Below are positions 1 to 10,101 of a DNA stretch of 64,000 nucleotides, piece by piece. This stretch comes from Bdellovibrio sp. (GTDB taxonomy: Bacteria; Bdellovibrionota; Bdellovibrionia; Bdellovibrionales; Bdellovibrionaceae), in NCBI GenBank assembly GCA_036676395.1, contig JAKFCY010000002.1, positions 1,760,001-1,824,000 of the forward strand, given 5' to 3'. Every line of letters begins with the position of its first letter. Within the stretch, counting starts at the first letter, position 1. The notes beneath the pieces were generated by a model. That model saw nothing but the letters and a program-made list of their open reading frames with translations. It was not told the DNA's origin and made no database searches. A program made the position numbers and the translations under genes.

Positions 1-663
1 ACCAATGAATGGGTTAAAAAATCTATTCTTTTATATTTTCGTATCACGACAAATAAAGTGATCAACTCGGGCGATTTATCTTACTTTGATAAAATCCCGG
101 TTAAAAAATTTGGCGAAGCCAATGGCGTACGTGTGGTTCCGCAGGCGATCGCACGTTTTGGTTCATTCATTGAAGCAGGCGCAATCTTAATGCCTTCGTA
201 TGTAAATATCGGGGCATATGTTGGCGCCGGCACAATGGTTGATACCTGGGCCACTGTAGGATCATGTGCACAAGTTGGAAAAAATGTTCACTTGTCTGGT
301 GGTGTTGGTCTTGGCGGAGTTTTAGAACCGGCACAAGCACAACCCGTTATTGTTGAAGATGATTGTTTTGTTGGCAGCCGGTGCATCGTGGTTGAAGGTG
401 TTCATCTTGAACCCGGTGTTGTGTTAGGCGCAGGAGTTACAATTACGGCTTCGACAAAAATCATTGATGTGACTCAAAAAGATGTGGTTTACAAAGGTCG
501 CGTTCCTGCAAATTCAGTGGTGATTCCAGGTGTTGAAATGAAGACTTACCCTGCCGGAACATTCGGTGTACCAGCCGCTTTAATTATTGGTTTAAGAAAA
601 GAATCAACGAACAAGAAAACATCGTTAAACGATGCGCTTCGTGATTTTAACGTTAGTGTTTAG
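1..663 (+). CDS. dapD: 2,3,4,5-tetrahydropyridine-2,6-dicarboxylate N-succinyltransferase (5'-truncated by window)
   Basis: Frame is open from base 1 (TNEWVKKSILLYFR). Contains DapD motifs MPSYVNIGAYVG, VDTWATVGSCAQVG and C-terminal KTSLNDALR. Confidence 0.96.
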   Translation, partial: TNEWVKKSILLYFRITTNKVINSGDLSYFDKIPVKKFGEANGVRVVPQAIARFGSFIEAGAILMPSYVNIGAYVGAGTMVDTWATVGSCAQVGKNVHLSGGVGLGGVLEPAQAQPVIVEDDCFVGSRCIVVEGVHLEPGVVLGAGVTITASTKIIDVTQKDVVYKGRVPANSVVIPGVEMKTYPAGTFGVPAALIIGLRKESTNKKTSLNDALRDFNVSV

Positions 664-1891
664 ATTTTAAAAGAATAGCCGGTTCGATCTTAAGCGATGC
701 TCGAGCCGGAATATAACAGCCAACGACAGCTAAAGCAGTCACGCCCAAGACCACATAAAAAGTAAATACCGGATTTACCAAAGCCGGAATCGAAGAATCA
801 TAATAAACCGCAGGCAAAATATTTAAGGGGTAATACTGCAAGTAATATCCCGCCGCCACGCCAATAAATGTTCCTAAAAATAATCCTGATAATGAAATCC
901 ATAAGCCCATCATTAAAAACAACATGAGAGTATTTTTTGATGAATAGCCTAACGTTTTAATAATCGCGATATCTAATTTTTTCTGCGACATAATAAGAGC
1001 CAACACCGTTAAAATTGAAGAAGATGCAATTAATCCTGCAAGCCCCAGAAATACACCGATCATGGTTTTCTCCATAAACAGAGCAAAAAATAAATCTGAG
1101 TTTTTTTGCTGCCAAGATTCAACGTGCTCAAAACCTTGCGCTTCTAAACTGGTTCTTAGCGGCTCCATTTGGTTGATATCTTTTAACCACACATGATAAC
1201 CGCTGGTCTTAGACGGACTTTGTCGTAATGATTTGATCGATAAGTCTTTATTAAAAAATAGTAATTTTGAATCGAGATCATATAAATCGGTCGTAACGAT
1301 TCTACGAATAGTGGCCTTTTCAAAAACTGGAGCTTCCATCGAGCTTAATAATAAACTCTCGGCCGGAATCAGCGTGACCATATCACCTTCTAATAAACCA
1401 AGAGATCTGGCCAGATCAATCCCCACCGCGATTTCATTAGCCTGAAGCTCTAAGTCGACATCAAGTGATGGGTCATAAAACACAAACCTTGGATCTTGGT
1501 TACTTACTTTTAAATCTTTAAGTTGTTTAAACCAAAAACTGATCCCTGCTTGGTCATACCCGATCGCACTGGTTCCGCGAAACTGGCCGTCCACTGTTCG
1601 AAGCATCAGATCATAACTCTCATAGGGAATGACCGACATGTCATTTGTCGAAGGAATCTCGGCTAAGGCTTTTTCTTTTTTAATGATATTTAAATGCGGG
1701 TCTAAAGCTAAGATACGGTTTTTAATATTGTGGTTCATGCCGTTCATGACAAAAAGCACCAAGAAAAAGATGGCGACACTTAAAGTAATGGCGATAAACG
1801 ATAGTAGCGAAATCCGGCGAATCAACGAAGCTGATCTGTTGGAAATAATTAATTTAGTTAAAAAGAAATAACTTAACGAATCTCGCAGCAT
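653..1891 (-). CDS. LolC/LolE-family (FtsX-like) ABC permease
   Basis: N-terminal TM followed by VMNGM, large periplasmic loop, WQQKNSDLFFALFMEK, IAIIKTLG, three C-terminal TMs ending YIPARA. Confidence 0.88.
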   Translation of the reverse strand: MLRDSLSYFFLTKLIISNRSASLIRRISLLSFIAITLSVAIFFLVLFVMNGMNHNIKNRILALDPHLNIIKKEKALAEIPSTNDMSVIPYESYDLMLRTVDGQFRGTSAIGYDQAGISFWFKQLKDLKVSNQDPRFVFYDPSLDVDLELQANEIAVGIDLARSLGLLEGDMVTLIPAESLLLSSMEAPVFEKATIRRIVTTDLYDLDSKLLFFNKDLSIKSLRQSPSKTSGYHVWLKDINQMEPLRTSLEAQGFEHVESWQQKNSDLFFALFMEKTMIGVFLGLAGLIASSSILTVLALIMSQKKLDIAIIKTLGYSSKNTLMLFLMMGLWISLSGLFLGTFIGVAAGYYLQYYPLNILPAVYYDSSIPALVNPVFTFYVVLGVTALAVVGCYIPARASLKIEPAILLKSKH

Positions 1892-1938
1892 GCGAGCTTA
1901 TTAGAACACTGAGGCTTAAACCTGTCTAGTTCGAGAAT

Positions 1939-2628
1939 TTAGAAATGAGCGACTTTTTTAGTGGGCGCTGTTTCATCAAAATAGATGATGCCTTCTTCTA
2001 AAAACAATTTGTTATGGCCAATATGGTTCATCGCCGTTGGGTGATGGTTGGTCATAAAAATGTGGCGCAAATGCCCAGCACGCTGTTTGTACTGAATAAG
2101 GTCTAAAAAGTTTAACCACTGTGCCTCTGTAAGGCCTGAGGCTGGGTCTTCTAACAAAAGCATTTGCGGATTTTTAGCAATGGCTTGAGTCATAAAAACC
2201 ATCTTTTGTACGCCATAACTTAATTTGCCTAACTCGTTATTCAAATAAGGAGTTAGATCTAACTGTTCACAAATCACTTGAAGTTCTTCAGGCGTGGTAA
2301 ACTGATCAAAAAAAGCTTTCACCGTGATACTTAAGTGGTGATGACTACCTTCAAAGTAGGCTCCCATAATTGAACGTGGGTCAACCTCGTGTTCGTCTGC
2401 AAAAATATCCTGACCGTTCCATAAAATCCGGCCCGAAGTGCATGGACGAGCCCCCGATAAAAACTGTAAAAATTGTAATGAACTATTTGGGTTTGATGAT
2501 TCAATCACCACAGTTTGATCTGCAGGCAATTCAAAATCTACGCTTTGCAAAACGGGATCTGTGCCCGGTTGTAAAAGAGTAACGTTTTCTAAGTAGACTT
2601 GATTTAGATCAAATAAATTTGCCATCAA
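1939..2628 (-). CDS. ABC-ATPase-like protein with degenerate Walker A
   Basis: Signature-like LSYGVQK, Walker B LLLEDP and H-loop MTNHH are present; the P-loop position reads ESSNPNSS. Confidence 0.7.
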   Translation of the reverse strand: MMANLFDLNQVYLENVTLLQPGTDPVLQSVDFELPADQTVVIESSNPNSSLQFLQFLSGARPCTSGRILWNGQDIFADEHEVDPRSIMGAYFEGSHHHLSITVKAFFDQFTTPEELQVICEQLDLTPYLNNELGKLSYGVQKMVFMTQAIAKNPQMLLLEDPASGLTEAQWLNFLDLIQYKQRAGHLRHIFMTNHHPTAMNHIGHNKLFLEEGIIYFDETAPTKKVAHF

Positions 2629-2630
2629 GG

Positions 2631-2656
2631 CTTTATCGGCTTATGCGCCGATAAAG
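2631..2656. repeat. Perfect 10-bp inverted repeat carrying GCCGATAA on both strands
   Basis: CTTTATCGGC-TTATGC-GCCGATAAAG, overlapping the stop of the YdcF gene. Confidence 0.6.
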
Positions 2657-3216
2657 TTAACTAGACCGAAGACTGTATAGAACAATGATTTCACTAATTC
2701 TAAGGCAAAATCAAAAACTGATTGTTCTGACCTAGAATTGGCTAGCGTAAGCTTTTTGATATCGATGGTGTTCGGAAAGACATCGCGAAAGATCGAATAA
2801 GCTCTGGCCATGTGCAATTGCGACGTGACCAATAAAACATCCTGGCATTTAAGTGATTCAACTAAAACCACGGATTGATGGGCATTACCAAAAGTTGTTT
2901 GTGATCTTTTTTCTAAGATCACATCATCGGGATTAATTTCATTATAATACGGCCAATACGGAAAAACTTCGGTGTAGGTGGCCTCTTTGAAAACCCCCGA
3001 CACGATTAGTTTTTTGATGCGTTTTTGCTGAAGTAGTTCAAAGCCTTCACGGATTCTTCCAGGTGCGCCAGTTAAAACAACCGCACAGTCGGCTTCAGTC
3101 GTTTGCGTCCATACATTGATCGGTTCATCTTTTATTTTTTTGGCGTGAATAGTTAAAATACTCACACCAATTAAAAAGAAAACATAGAAGATCAATGATT
3201 TAGGTCTAAATGACAT
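2641..3216 (-). CDS. YdcF/DUF218 (ElyC/SanA-like) envelope protein
   Basis: N-terminal TM; motifs AVVLTG..GR, LIVSG, SQTTFGNA and LVTSQLHMARA. Confidence 0.88.
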   Translation of the reverse strand: MSFRPKSLIFYVFFLIGVSILTIHAKKIKDEPINVWTQTTEADCAVVLTGAPGRIREGFELLQQKRIKKLIVSGVFKEATYTEVFPYWPYYNEINPDDVILEKRSQTTFGNAHQSVVLVESLKCQDVLLVTSQLHMARAYSIFRDVFPNTIDIKKLTLANSRSEQSVFDFALELVKSLFYTVFGLVNFIGA

Positions 3217-3221
3217 CGAGC

Positions 3222-3608
3222 TTAAGCTTGTTTATGAGCAATCACTTCGATTTCAACATTCACACCTTTTGGTAAACCGGCAACAGCTACAGTTGAACGC
3301 GCTGGTGGGTTTTGCGGAAAACGCGTGGCATAAACTTCGTTGACCGCTGCAAAGTCATTCATGCTTGTTAAAAAAATCGTCGTTTTGATGATATTAGAAA
3401 ATTTAAGATCAGCTTGAGTTAAAACAGCTTCGATATTTTTCAATACCATTTCAGTTTGCTGTTTAACATCGCCCGTGAACACTTCTTGTGTTTGTGGGTT
3501 AATTGCAATCTGCCCAGAGCAGAATAAGAAGTCTCCCATTTGCACAGCTTGTGAATATGGACCTACTGCTTTTGGAGCATTGTCTGTGTGAAGAATTGAT
3601 TTAGCCAT
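3222..3608 (-). CDS. ridA: RidA/YjgF enamine-imine deaminase
   Basis: APKAVGPYSQAV, SGQI, PPARSTVAVAGLPKGVNVEIE. Confidence 0.93.
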   Translation of the reverse strand: MAKSILHTDNAPKAVGPYSQAVQMGDFLFCSGQIAINPQTQEVFTGDVKQQTEMVLKNIEAVLTQADLKFSNIIKTTIFLTSMNDFAAVNEVYATRFPQNPPARSTVAVAGLPKGVNVEIEVIAHKQA

Positions 3609-3619
3609 TACATTTTCTC

Positions 3620-4111
3620 CTAGAAATAAAAAATAATACCAGCACGTAACGGATGATCTGCAATCGTGCGGATACGGGTGTCTTTAACTGACGACAATCC
3701 TAAACCGCCCTCAAACGAAAAACCAACATTTTCTAGCCCGCTAGCGAAAAACTCAATGCCCATTAAAAAATTAGCTTCAAAGCCATTTTCTTTACCGGTT
3801 ACCGGCTCTTCAAATGTCACTAAACCCAGCTGACCACCAGCGTAATAATGCAATTGGTTTTCGTGAAAAATAACATGGCGAATACCCGCATTGATTTGGA
3901 ATTTTGAATAATCTTTTTTCGTGTCTACACCGACACCGCCAGTGACAGCTGTTAAGCCATTAATGTGATAGACAACGGCTAAAGAAGGAAGACTTTCAGA
4001 GGTATTATCTTTAATACCCACCCCTAAACGTTGGGGCATTTCTTTAGCCGCAACCAGTGATGAAAATAACGACACAATTGCAAGGGCAAGGAATTTTTTT
4101 GATAACTTCAT
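3620..4111 (-). CDS. Small outer-membrane beta-barrel protein
   Basis: Signal peptide, alternating amphipathic strands and C-terminal IIFYF; GGAGG precedes ATG at 4111. Confidence 0.7.
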   Translation of the reverse strand: MKLSKKFLALAIVSLFSSLVAAKEMPQRLGVGIKDNTSESLPSLAVVYHINGLTAVTGGVGVDTKKDYSKFQINAGIRHVIFHENQLHYYAGGQLGLVTFEEPVTGKENGFEANFLMGIEFFASGLENVGFSFEGGLGLSSVKDTRIRTIADHPLRAGIIFYF

Positions 4112-4181
4112 AGTAGCCTCCATCCCCTATAGGTTGACACTGCGGCGTTGGCTTGTCAGCATATTTTCTATGGAGATTCGT

Positions 4182-4829
4182 ATGAAAAAATTAATGACCT
4201 TAGTAATTACAACTGCAATCACAGCTTTTTCTTTAGCTCTATCTGCTCAATCTTTGACGACTAATGTGGGCGATAAAAAATATGACACTTATAGCTTAGC
4301 TGATTCAGCTGATCTTAAAGTTGATAAAGACACGATGAACTTAAAGCCCGTTTCTCATGGCATCAGAAAGAAAAAATTTTTCGCAATCCTGCCAGTTAAA
4401 GTTTATTACGCTGAATTGTTAGCAGCTAAACCTGAAGCTTTAGTTAAGACTGACACAGAAGTTTTACCTTCATTAAAAGCTGCAGGGCCTGTGCAACTGC
4501 GTTTAACAATGTTACGTGATTTACCAGCAAAAAAGATTTCTGATTCTTTCGTTGATGCTCTTAAGGCTAATGATGTCGCTGTTGATTCAGGTGACATGAA
4601 AACTGTATTAGAACATATCTCGACGATGAGCGAATTCAAAAAAGGCGAAATTTTTTCAATCGTTGGTTCATCAAAAGACGATAAAGGTTTTTTATACTTG
4701 CAAAAACCTACTGGCGAAATCATTACGGTTGCTGGTTCTAATAAACTTGTCGAACAAATGTTTAGCATTTGGTTAGGCAAACCCGTTGATGACAAATTAG
4801 CAGAGTTAAAAAAAGAACTTCTTAAATAG
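4182..4829 (+). CDS. Secreted chalcone-isomerase-like (lipid-binding fold) protein
   Basis: GGAG then ATG at 4182; signal peptide; GIRKKKFF..VKVY and FSIWLGKPVD..L..LKKELL. Confidence 0.8.
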   Translation: MKKLMTLVITTAITAFSLALSAQSLTTNVGDKKYDTYSLADSADLKVDKDTMNLKPVSHGIRKKKFFAILPVKVYYAELLAAKPEALVKTDTEVLPSLKAAGPVQLRLTMLRDLPAKKISDSFVDALKANDVAVDSGDMKTVLEHISTMSEFKKGEIFSIVGSSKDDKGFLYLQKPTGEIITVAGSNKLVEQMFSIWLGKPVDDKLAELKKELLK

Positions 4830-6058
4830 TGCGTAAGTTCATATTATTTTTCTTTATTTCACTTTATTCAGCCTGTGCTTTTGCACAGGCTTTTTCTATT
4901 GGCCAATTTTCAATCGGCGAAGCTGCCGTTGATCTAGATGTAAATGATTTTAACATCGAAAAAAGCCATAGTGATATCGACGCCAGCTTCAATGCCGATA
5001 GCATCCAGTGGCTGCGTCCGGAGAACAATTTATTAACTCCCCGTGTTTTATTAACCATTAATGTTCCTAAGAAATACCACCCGGTTTATTTTAAAATTGC
5101 TGGCCAAGTTGTCTTTGCCACCCAAGTTTATGTAAATTTATTTAATCCTGAAACGATTCAAATTTTTCAGGGCGATAAAATCTTAGACACTATTCATATC
5201 ACTGCCAAATCGGTGGCCCGCTCTAAACTAAAACAATGGATCGATTACACTTGTCTTCCGTATAACGTGGTTATCACTGGCATTGAGCAGCAGTACTCAT
5301 CTACGGGTTGCAAATTGCATCGCGTGGGTTCTTTTGGCCGCGAAACTCCCCGGTTAGAAGTAGCATTCGCTTCTCCGAATTTAGCCACTTTAGCCGGTGA
5401 TCACCCGCCATTTTTATTTAATCTTCAGGATAACGCAGCCGTTGATACGGTTTTAATAAATAATAGCACCAAAGAAAAAGTAAACGTTTCTGTCAGTGCA
5501 AAACTTCCTGAACGTTTGCAGCGTTTAAAAATGGCTGGCGGTATTGGCCCTTACTTTTTTACGAGCACTTATAATTTAGAAACTAAAGGGCCAGATGCGG
5601 CTCCTTCATATATGCTTTATGGAAAATACGAATTATCTGAAACATCATCATTTAAAGCTTTTGATGCTTTAGTTTATAATAATAAATCGTTATTCAATAA
5701 TTCAGGTTTGTATTTTTCTTATGATTTGGCGCAAGTTCTTGATGGCCAGGTTGTTTTAGGCGCACTGATTGGCTTTCAGGGTTTGCACTATCGTTTTGAC
5801 AGCGGTTATCCGAGTGAATTTGAAGTGATTTATCCGCAAGGTTTTGAAATTACTTATAATCATGCTTTCGGAATCCAGAATTACTATTTAAGTTACGGTA
5901 TGTTTTTATCGACCACTGAAGATGTGTACCGCAACATCTGGCTCCGTTACGGCAGCCAAGTGTTTTACGAATTAAATTATATTACCTGGGGTTCTGATAT
6001 TGCCGAAATCGAAATGTGGGGATTGTCTGTGGGCTTTCCGTTATTTAAAGCTTTTTAA
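4829..6058 (+). CDS. Hypothetical exported protein, probable C-terminal beta-barrel
   Basis: Signal peptide ending AFA; aromatic-rich amphipathic strands in the C-terminal half; terminal Phe. Confidence 0.6.
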   Translation: MRKFILFFFISLYSACAFAQAFSIGQFSIGEAAVDLDVNDFNIEKSHSDIDASFNADSIQWLRPENNLLTPRVLLTINVPKKYHPVYFKIAGQVVFATQVYVNLFNPETIQIFQGDKILDTIHITAKSVARSKLKQWIDYTCLPYNVVITGIEQQYSSTGCKLHRVGSFGRETPRLEVAFASPNLATLAGDHPPFLFNLQDNAAVDTVLINNSTKEKVNVSVSAKLPERLQRLKMAGGIGPYFFTSTYNLETKGPDAAPSYMLYGKYELSETSSFKAFDALVYNNKSLFNNSGLYFSYDLAQVLDGQVVLGALIGFQGLHYRFDSGYPSEFEVIYPQGFEITYNHAFGIQNYYLSYGMFLSTTEDVYRNIWLRYGSQVFYELNYITWGSDIAEIEMWGLSVGFPLFKAF

Positions 6059-6525
6059 TTAGACTTAAAATTAAGCTGAAATAAATCCGGCCGAACAATT
6101 AAATTAAACTGGCCGGTATCATCAGTGATATTAATTTCAGATCCATCTTGATTTGGAAAAAACTGAGCAAACATCTCTTTAGCTTTATCTCCGGTGTATT
6201 TTACGATCGCCGAGTTAAAACCGATTTTTCCAAAAGCAGAATTAAAAACTATAAATGAACAGTGATAGACGTTTTCTTGTTTTTTATTGCAGATGAAAGT
6301 CATTTCTTTTTGTGAAACGGCTAAGGCTTTGCCTGGCCCCAACATACTGTTTTGCTCAGAGACATTCATCTGTTCATAAATTCGTGCCGGCGTATGATCA
6401 AAGGTGCCATCGAAAGAATTCGAAATAAGATTAATCATATATTGCTGGCCCAGAAACCGCCCCTCGGTTCGGGCCTGCAAATTAATACTGACTAAAATTA
6501 AACTAAAAAATAATAACTTATTCAT
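6055..6525 (-). CDS. Hypothetical secreted protein
   Basis: 156-aa ORF with signal peptide and one Cys pair. Confidence 0.65.
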   Translation of the reverse strand: MNKLLFFSLILVSINLQARTEGRFLGQQYMINLISNSFDGTFDHTPARIYEQMNVSEQNSMLGPGKALAVSQKEMTFICNKKQENVYHCSFIVFNSAFGKIGFNSAIVKYTGDKAKEMFAQFFPNQDGSEINITDDTGQFNLIVRPDLFQLNFKSN

Positions 6526-6538
6526 GACTTCTAAAAGG

Positions 6539-7822
6539 CTAACGTAAAGATCTGAAATTCACAAAAACTTTTTTTCCAGATTTGATTTCTATGACTTGCG
6601 AAGGCAAGTTATCCGCCGTGGGAAAATCCGCGCTATCTAACCCCAAAACTTGTATGTCATATTTCCCCGGTTTTAAAAAAACACGGGCCATTTGGATTTT
6701 AGACGGTAACGTTGACCATTGACGAAGATCAGCGCGGTCGGCCAAATTCATCGCAATCCAGGCTACCCCACCTAATAATTCATTTTTCTGTCTGATTTGA
6801 TCAGACATTACAGCTTTTGCAGCAACGCCCCCAATTCGGCGCGCTACCAGTGACGAATAATCTTTATCTAAAGTCATCATCGCCATACGATCAATATCAT
6901 AAATCACGCGCGACTTATTAACTTGGGTATAGGTTTTACCTGTTGATGATTCAAGCGGAGTAATTTCAACTTGGGCGATACTGGTTTTAAGATATTCAGT
7001 TTGTAGCGTTGGAAACCTAGGTTCATCTTGACGCGGGATTTTTTTCGCGCCGAATCCCTGTTGAAAAATAACAACAAGTTCACCGTTTTTGCGACCATTT
7101 AATTCTGCATCTAAAGCATTACGGTCAGCTTTAAACTCTTTTTTCCATTTATCTAAAGCTTGTTCTCGTCCGGCTAAACGCGCCGTGCGAATAAGGTCTC
7201 CGCCAAGGCCCGAGATAGATGGATCTAGCTTGTACGCTGCTTCATATTCTATGTAGGCATCGTCATATTTTTTTTGTGATTCCCAAATAATCGCTGATAG
7301 GTAACTGGCAAAGGGCGAAAGTTCATAGGCTTCGCGGCCTTCCATTTTAAATGATGAAATCTTGCTGTTGATTCTGCGGCATTCAACCAAGGCTGCATCA
7401 AAATCACCTAACATTAAATAATTTATAGCGTTCATGCTGTTGAGTAAAAATTTTTCGTAAGATTCACCCTTGTACTGAACCATTTCTTCGGCGCCTAAGG
7501 TGGCACCTACAATTTGACTGACAGAGTGGTAATCTTTTTCTTCTAAAAGTCGATCCGCTTTAATAAAAGCCTCGGCAGAACTGCGGTAATCACCAGAAAT
7601 TTGCAAAGCCATGGCGTAATCCAGCGTATACATCAGCTGGTCTTTTCCTGCCTCAGAAGATTTTTCTTTAAGTTCTTTTAAAGCTTGCATGATTTGCCCT
7701 TGGCGAAGAAGACTTTTGGTATTTTCGGATTGCGCCAAAAAAGAAGCGCAGCCGACCATCGCCAAGATTGTCACGACAAGTACAAAACGAATAAATTGAA
7801 ATGATTTTTTTGTGACTAGCAT
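6539..7822 (-). CDS. TPR-like lipoprotein (COG3014-like)
   Basis: Lipobox MVGC; YKGESYE, ALVECRR and ADLRQWSTLP motifs. Confidence 0.8.
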   Translation of the reverse strand: MLVTKKSFQFIRFVLVVTILAMVGCASFLAQSENTKSLLRQGQIMQALKELKEKSSEAGKDQLMYTLDYAMALQISGDYRSSAEAFIKADRLLEEKDYHSVSQIVGATLGAEEMVQYKGESYEKFLLNSMNAINYLMLGDFDAALVECRRINSKISSFKMEGREAYELSPFASYLSAIIWESQKKYDDAYIEYEAAYKLDPSISGLGGDLIRTARLAGREQALDKWKKEFKADRNALDAELNGRKNGELVVIFQQGFGAKKIPRQDEPRFPTLQTEYLKTSIAQVEITPLESSTGKTYTQVNKSRVIYDIDRMAMMTLDKDYSSLVARRIGGVAAKAVMSDQIRQKNELLGGVAWIAMNLADRADLRQWSTLPSKIQMARVFLKPGKYDIQVLGLDSADFPTADNLPSQVIEIKSGKKVFVNFRSLR

Positions 7823-7874
7823 TATTAAAATTATGATTTATTACTTGATAAGCCGCAATAGCAAAAGATAGCAT

Positions 7875-10061
7875 GTGGAATCTATGATGCATCTACCGGA
7901 GCTTATTCAGGATCTTGGCTTTATTTTAATCACTGCAGCTGTAGTGACGTTGATCTTCAAAAAGCTTAATCAGCCCGTTGTTTTAGGCTATCTGATCGCA
8001 GGTTTTTTAGTAAGCTCGCATGTTCCTTTTTTGCCAAACGTGAAGGATGTTGAATCTATTAAGATTTGGGCCGAAATCGGAATCATCGTTTTACTATTTG
8101 GTTTAGGCTTAGAATTCAGTTTTAAAAAATTAGCGCAAACCGGCAGATCAGCAACTATCACGGCGGTCTTTGAAGTGATCTTTATGTTGGTGGCAGGCTT
8201 TGTTTTCGGCCAAATCATGGGCTGGAATCAAATAGATAGTCTGTATTTAGGTGGTATTTTATCTATTTCTTCGACCACGATTATTATTCGCGCCTTTGAT
8301 GAACTAGGACTCAAAGGGCAGAAATTTGTTTCATTAGTTTTTGGCGTGCTGATCGTTGAAGATATCGTGGCGATTTTACTCTTAGTGGCCCTATCCACAG
8401 TGGCGATCTCGCGTGAACTTTCAGGGCCAGATCTGCTCTATTCGGGTTTTCGCTTAGGATTTTTCTTAATTTTGTGGTTTATCATTGGCATTTACGTGCT
8501 GCCCACACTCATGCGTAAAATCAAACGCTTTTTAAATAATGAAACTACTTTAATAGTTTCTTTAGGGCTTTGTCTTGGAATGGTCAGTTTAGCGACTTAT
8601 GCTGGGTTTTCTCCGGCACTGGGCGCATTCGTTATGGGTTCGATTTTAGCTGAAACTAACGAAGGCCCGCGCATAGAAAAATTAATCCATCCGATTAAAG
8701 ATCTTTTTTCTGCGGTATTTTTTGTGTCTGTGGGAATGATGATTGATCCGGCTATTTTACAGGAGTACAGCTGGCAAATTTTATTAATCACTTGCATCAC
8801 GATTTTTGGTAAAGTGATCAGCACTTCATTGGGCGCGCTGTTATCTGGCGTGAGTTTTCGCCATTCAGTTCAAGCTGGGATGAGTCTTGCGCAAATTGGT
8901 GAGTTCTCGTTTATTATTGCAACTTTAGGCTTAACTTTAAAGGTTACCAGTGATTTTTTGTACCCCATTGCCGTTTCAGTTTCAGCGATCACCACTTTTG
9001 CAACTCCGTACCTGATTAAAAATTCTGACAGCTTACAATTGTTTTTACGGGCTAAACTGCCGGTGAATTTTTTTAATCGAATTGAAAAATATCAAACTGC
9101 TTTCTTAGCTGAGCAAAGTGAATCAGGAATCGTTAAAATTCTATGGCGCGCCTATGGCTGGAAAACTTTGATTAACGGTGTTTTAGTTTTTGCGATCATT
9201 TCTATAGCGATTCTTTTACGTTCGCGCTTTGGCGATTATATTTCTTTTGGTATAGCTTGTTTTCTTTCGATCCCGTTCTACTGGGCGATGTGCTTTGGTC
9301 AGCCTTCGAAATTTTTAACGGATAATGAACTTGTACGTCTTCACCAGCTTGATATTGGTGTTTTTATCGGGCGAAATATTTTAGGTTTTTTATTTGCTCT
9401 TTATGCCGTAAGTAGCTTTATGTCGCTAAACTCATGGCAAGGTTTAGTTTGTTTTGCCAGTCTTACATTGCTGGTGTTTTTTGGTGGTCTTTCGCAAGGA
9501 TTTTATCAAAAAATTGAAAATAAATTCATGAATAATCTGGTGTACGAAAGCCCAACCCGTAAACCCAAACTTGCCCCGTGGGATGCAAGTCTTGCGACTT
9601 TTACTATAAATCCGAACTCAAAATATGTGGGTTTAACGTTATTAGATTCAAAAATTAAAGAAAAATATAACATCACAGTGGCTTTAGTAGAGCGTGGTGA
9701 AAGTAAACATTTAGCTCCGGATCGCGATCTGATTCTTATGCCTTATGATAAGTTATATCTAATAGGTACAGATGAACAGGTTCACAAACTTGGAACTGAA
9801 CTTGAAACTTCAATCTATAAAGATGGCGATAGCCCTGCTGAATCGTATCGCTTACGTTCTTTAAAAGTAACTCCGTCATCCCCATTCGCTAATAAAACGA
9901 TTCGTGAAAGCACAATTCGTGAAAAAACATCGGGTTTAATCGTAGGCATCGAACGTAATGGTGAGAGGATAATTAGCCCCGACTCGTCGATGGAAATCCT
10001 GGTCAACGATATACTTTGGATTGTTGGCGATTATGATAAAATTAGCCGACTGCGTTCATAG
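7875..10061 (+). CDS. CPA2 cation:proton antiporter with two TrkA-C (RCK_C) domains
   Basis: QPVVLGYL, LFGLGLEFS, SSTTII, EDIVAIL and QIGEFSFII motifs; two C-terminal TrkA-C repeats. Confidence 0.92.
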   Translation: MESMMHLPELIQDLGFILITAAVVTLIFKKLNQPVVLGYLIAGFLVSSHVPFLPNVKDVESIKIWAEIGIIVLLFGLGLEFSFKKLAQTGRSATITAVFEVIFMLVAGFVFGQIMGWNQIDSLYLGGILSISSTTIIIRAFDELGLKGQKFVSLVFGVLIVEDIVAILLLVALSTVAISRELSGPDLLYSGFRLGFFLILWFIIGIYVLPTLMRKIKRFLNNETTLIVSLGLCLGMVSLATYAGFSPALGAFVMGSILAETNEGPRIEKLIHPIKDLFSAVFFVSVGMMIDPAILQEYSWQILLITCITIFGKVISTSLGALLSGVSFRHSVQAGMSLAQIGEFSFIIATLGLTLKVTSDFLYPIAVSVSAITTFATPYLIKNSDSLQLFLRAKLPVNFFNRIEKYQTAFLAEQSESGIVKILWRAYGWKTLINGVLVFAIISIAILLRSRFGDYISFGIACFLSIPFYWAMCFGQPSKFLTDNELVRLHQLDIGVFIGRNILGFLFALYAVSSFMSLNSWQGLVCFASLTLLVFFGGLSQGFYQKIENKFMNNLVYESPTRKPKLAPWDASLATFTINPNSKYVGLTLLDSKIKEKYNITVALVERGESKHLAPDRDLILMPYDKLYLIGTDEQVHKLGTELETSIYKDGDSPAESYRLRSLKVTPSSPFANKTIRESTIREKTSGLIVGIERNGERIISPDSSMEILVNDILWIVGDYDKISRLRS

Positions 10062-10101
10062 CTTGGCTTTTGCATGCTGAATTCCTCAATGGAGAATTCA
10101 T

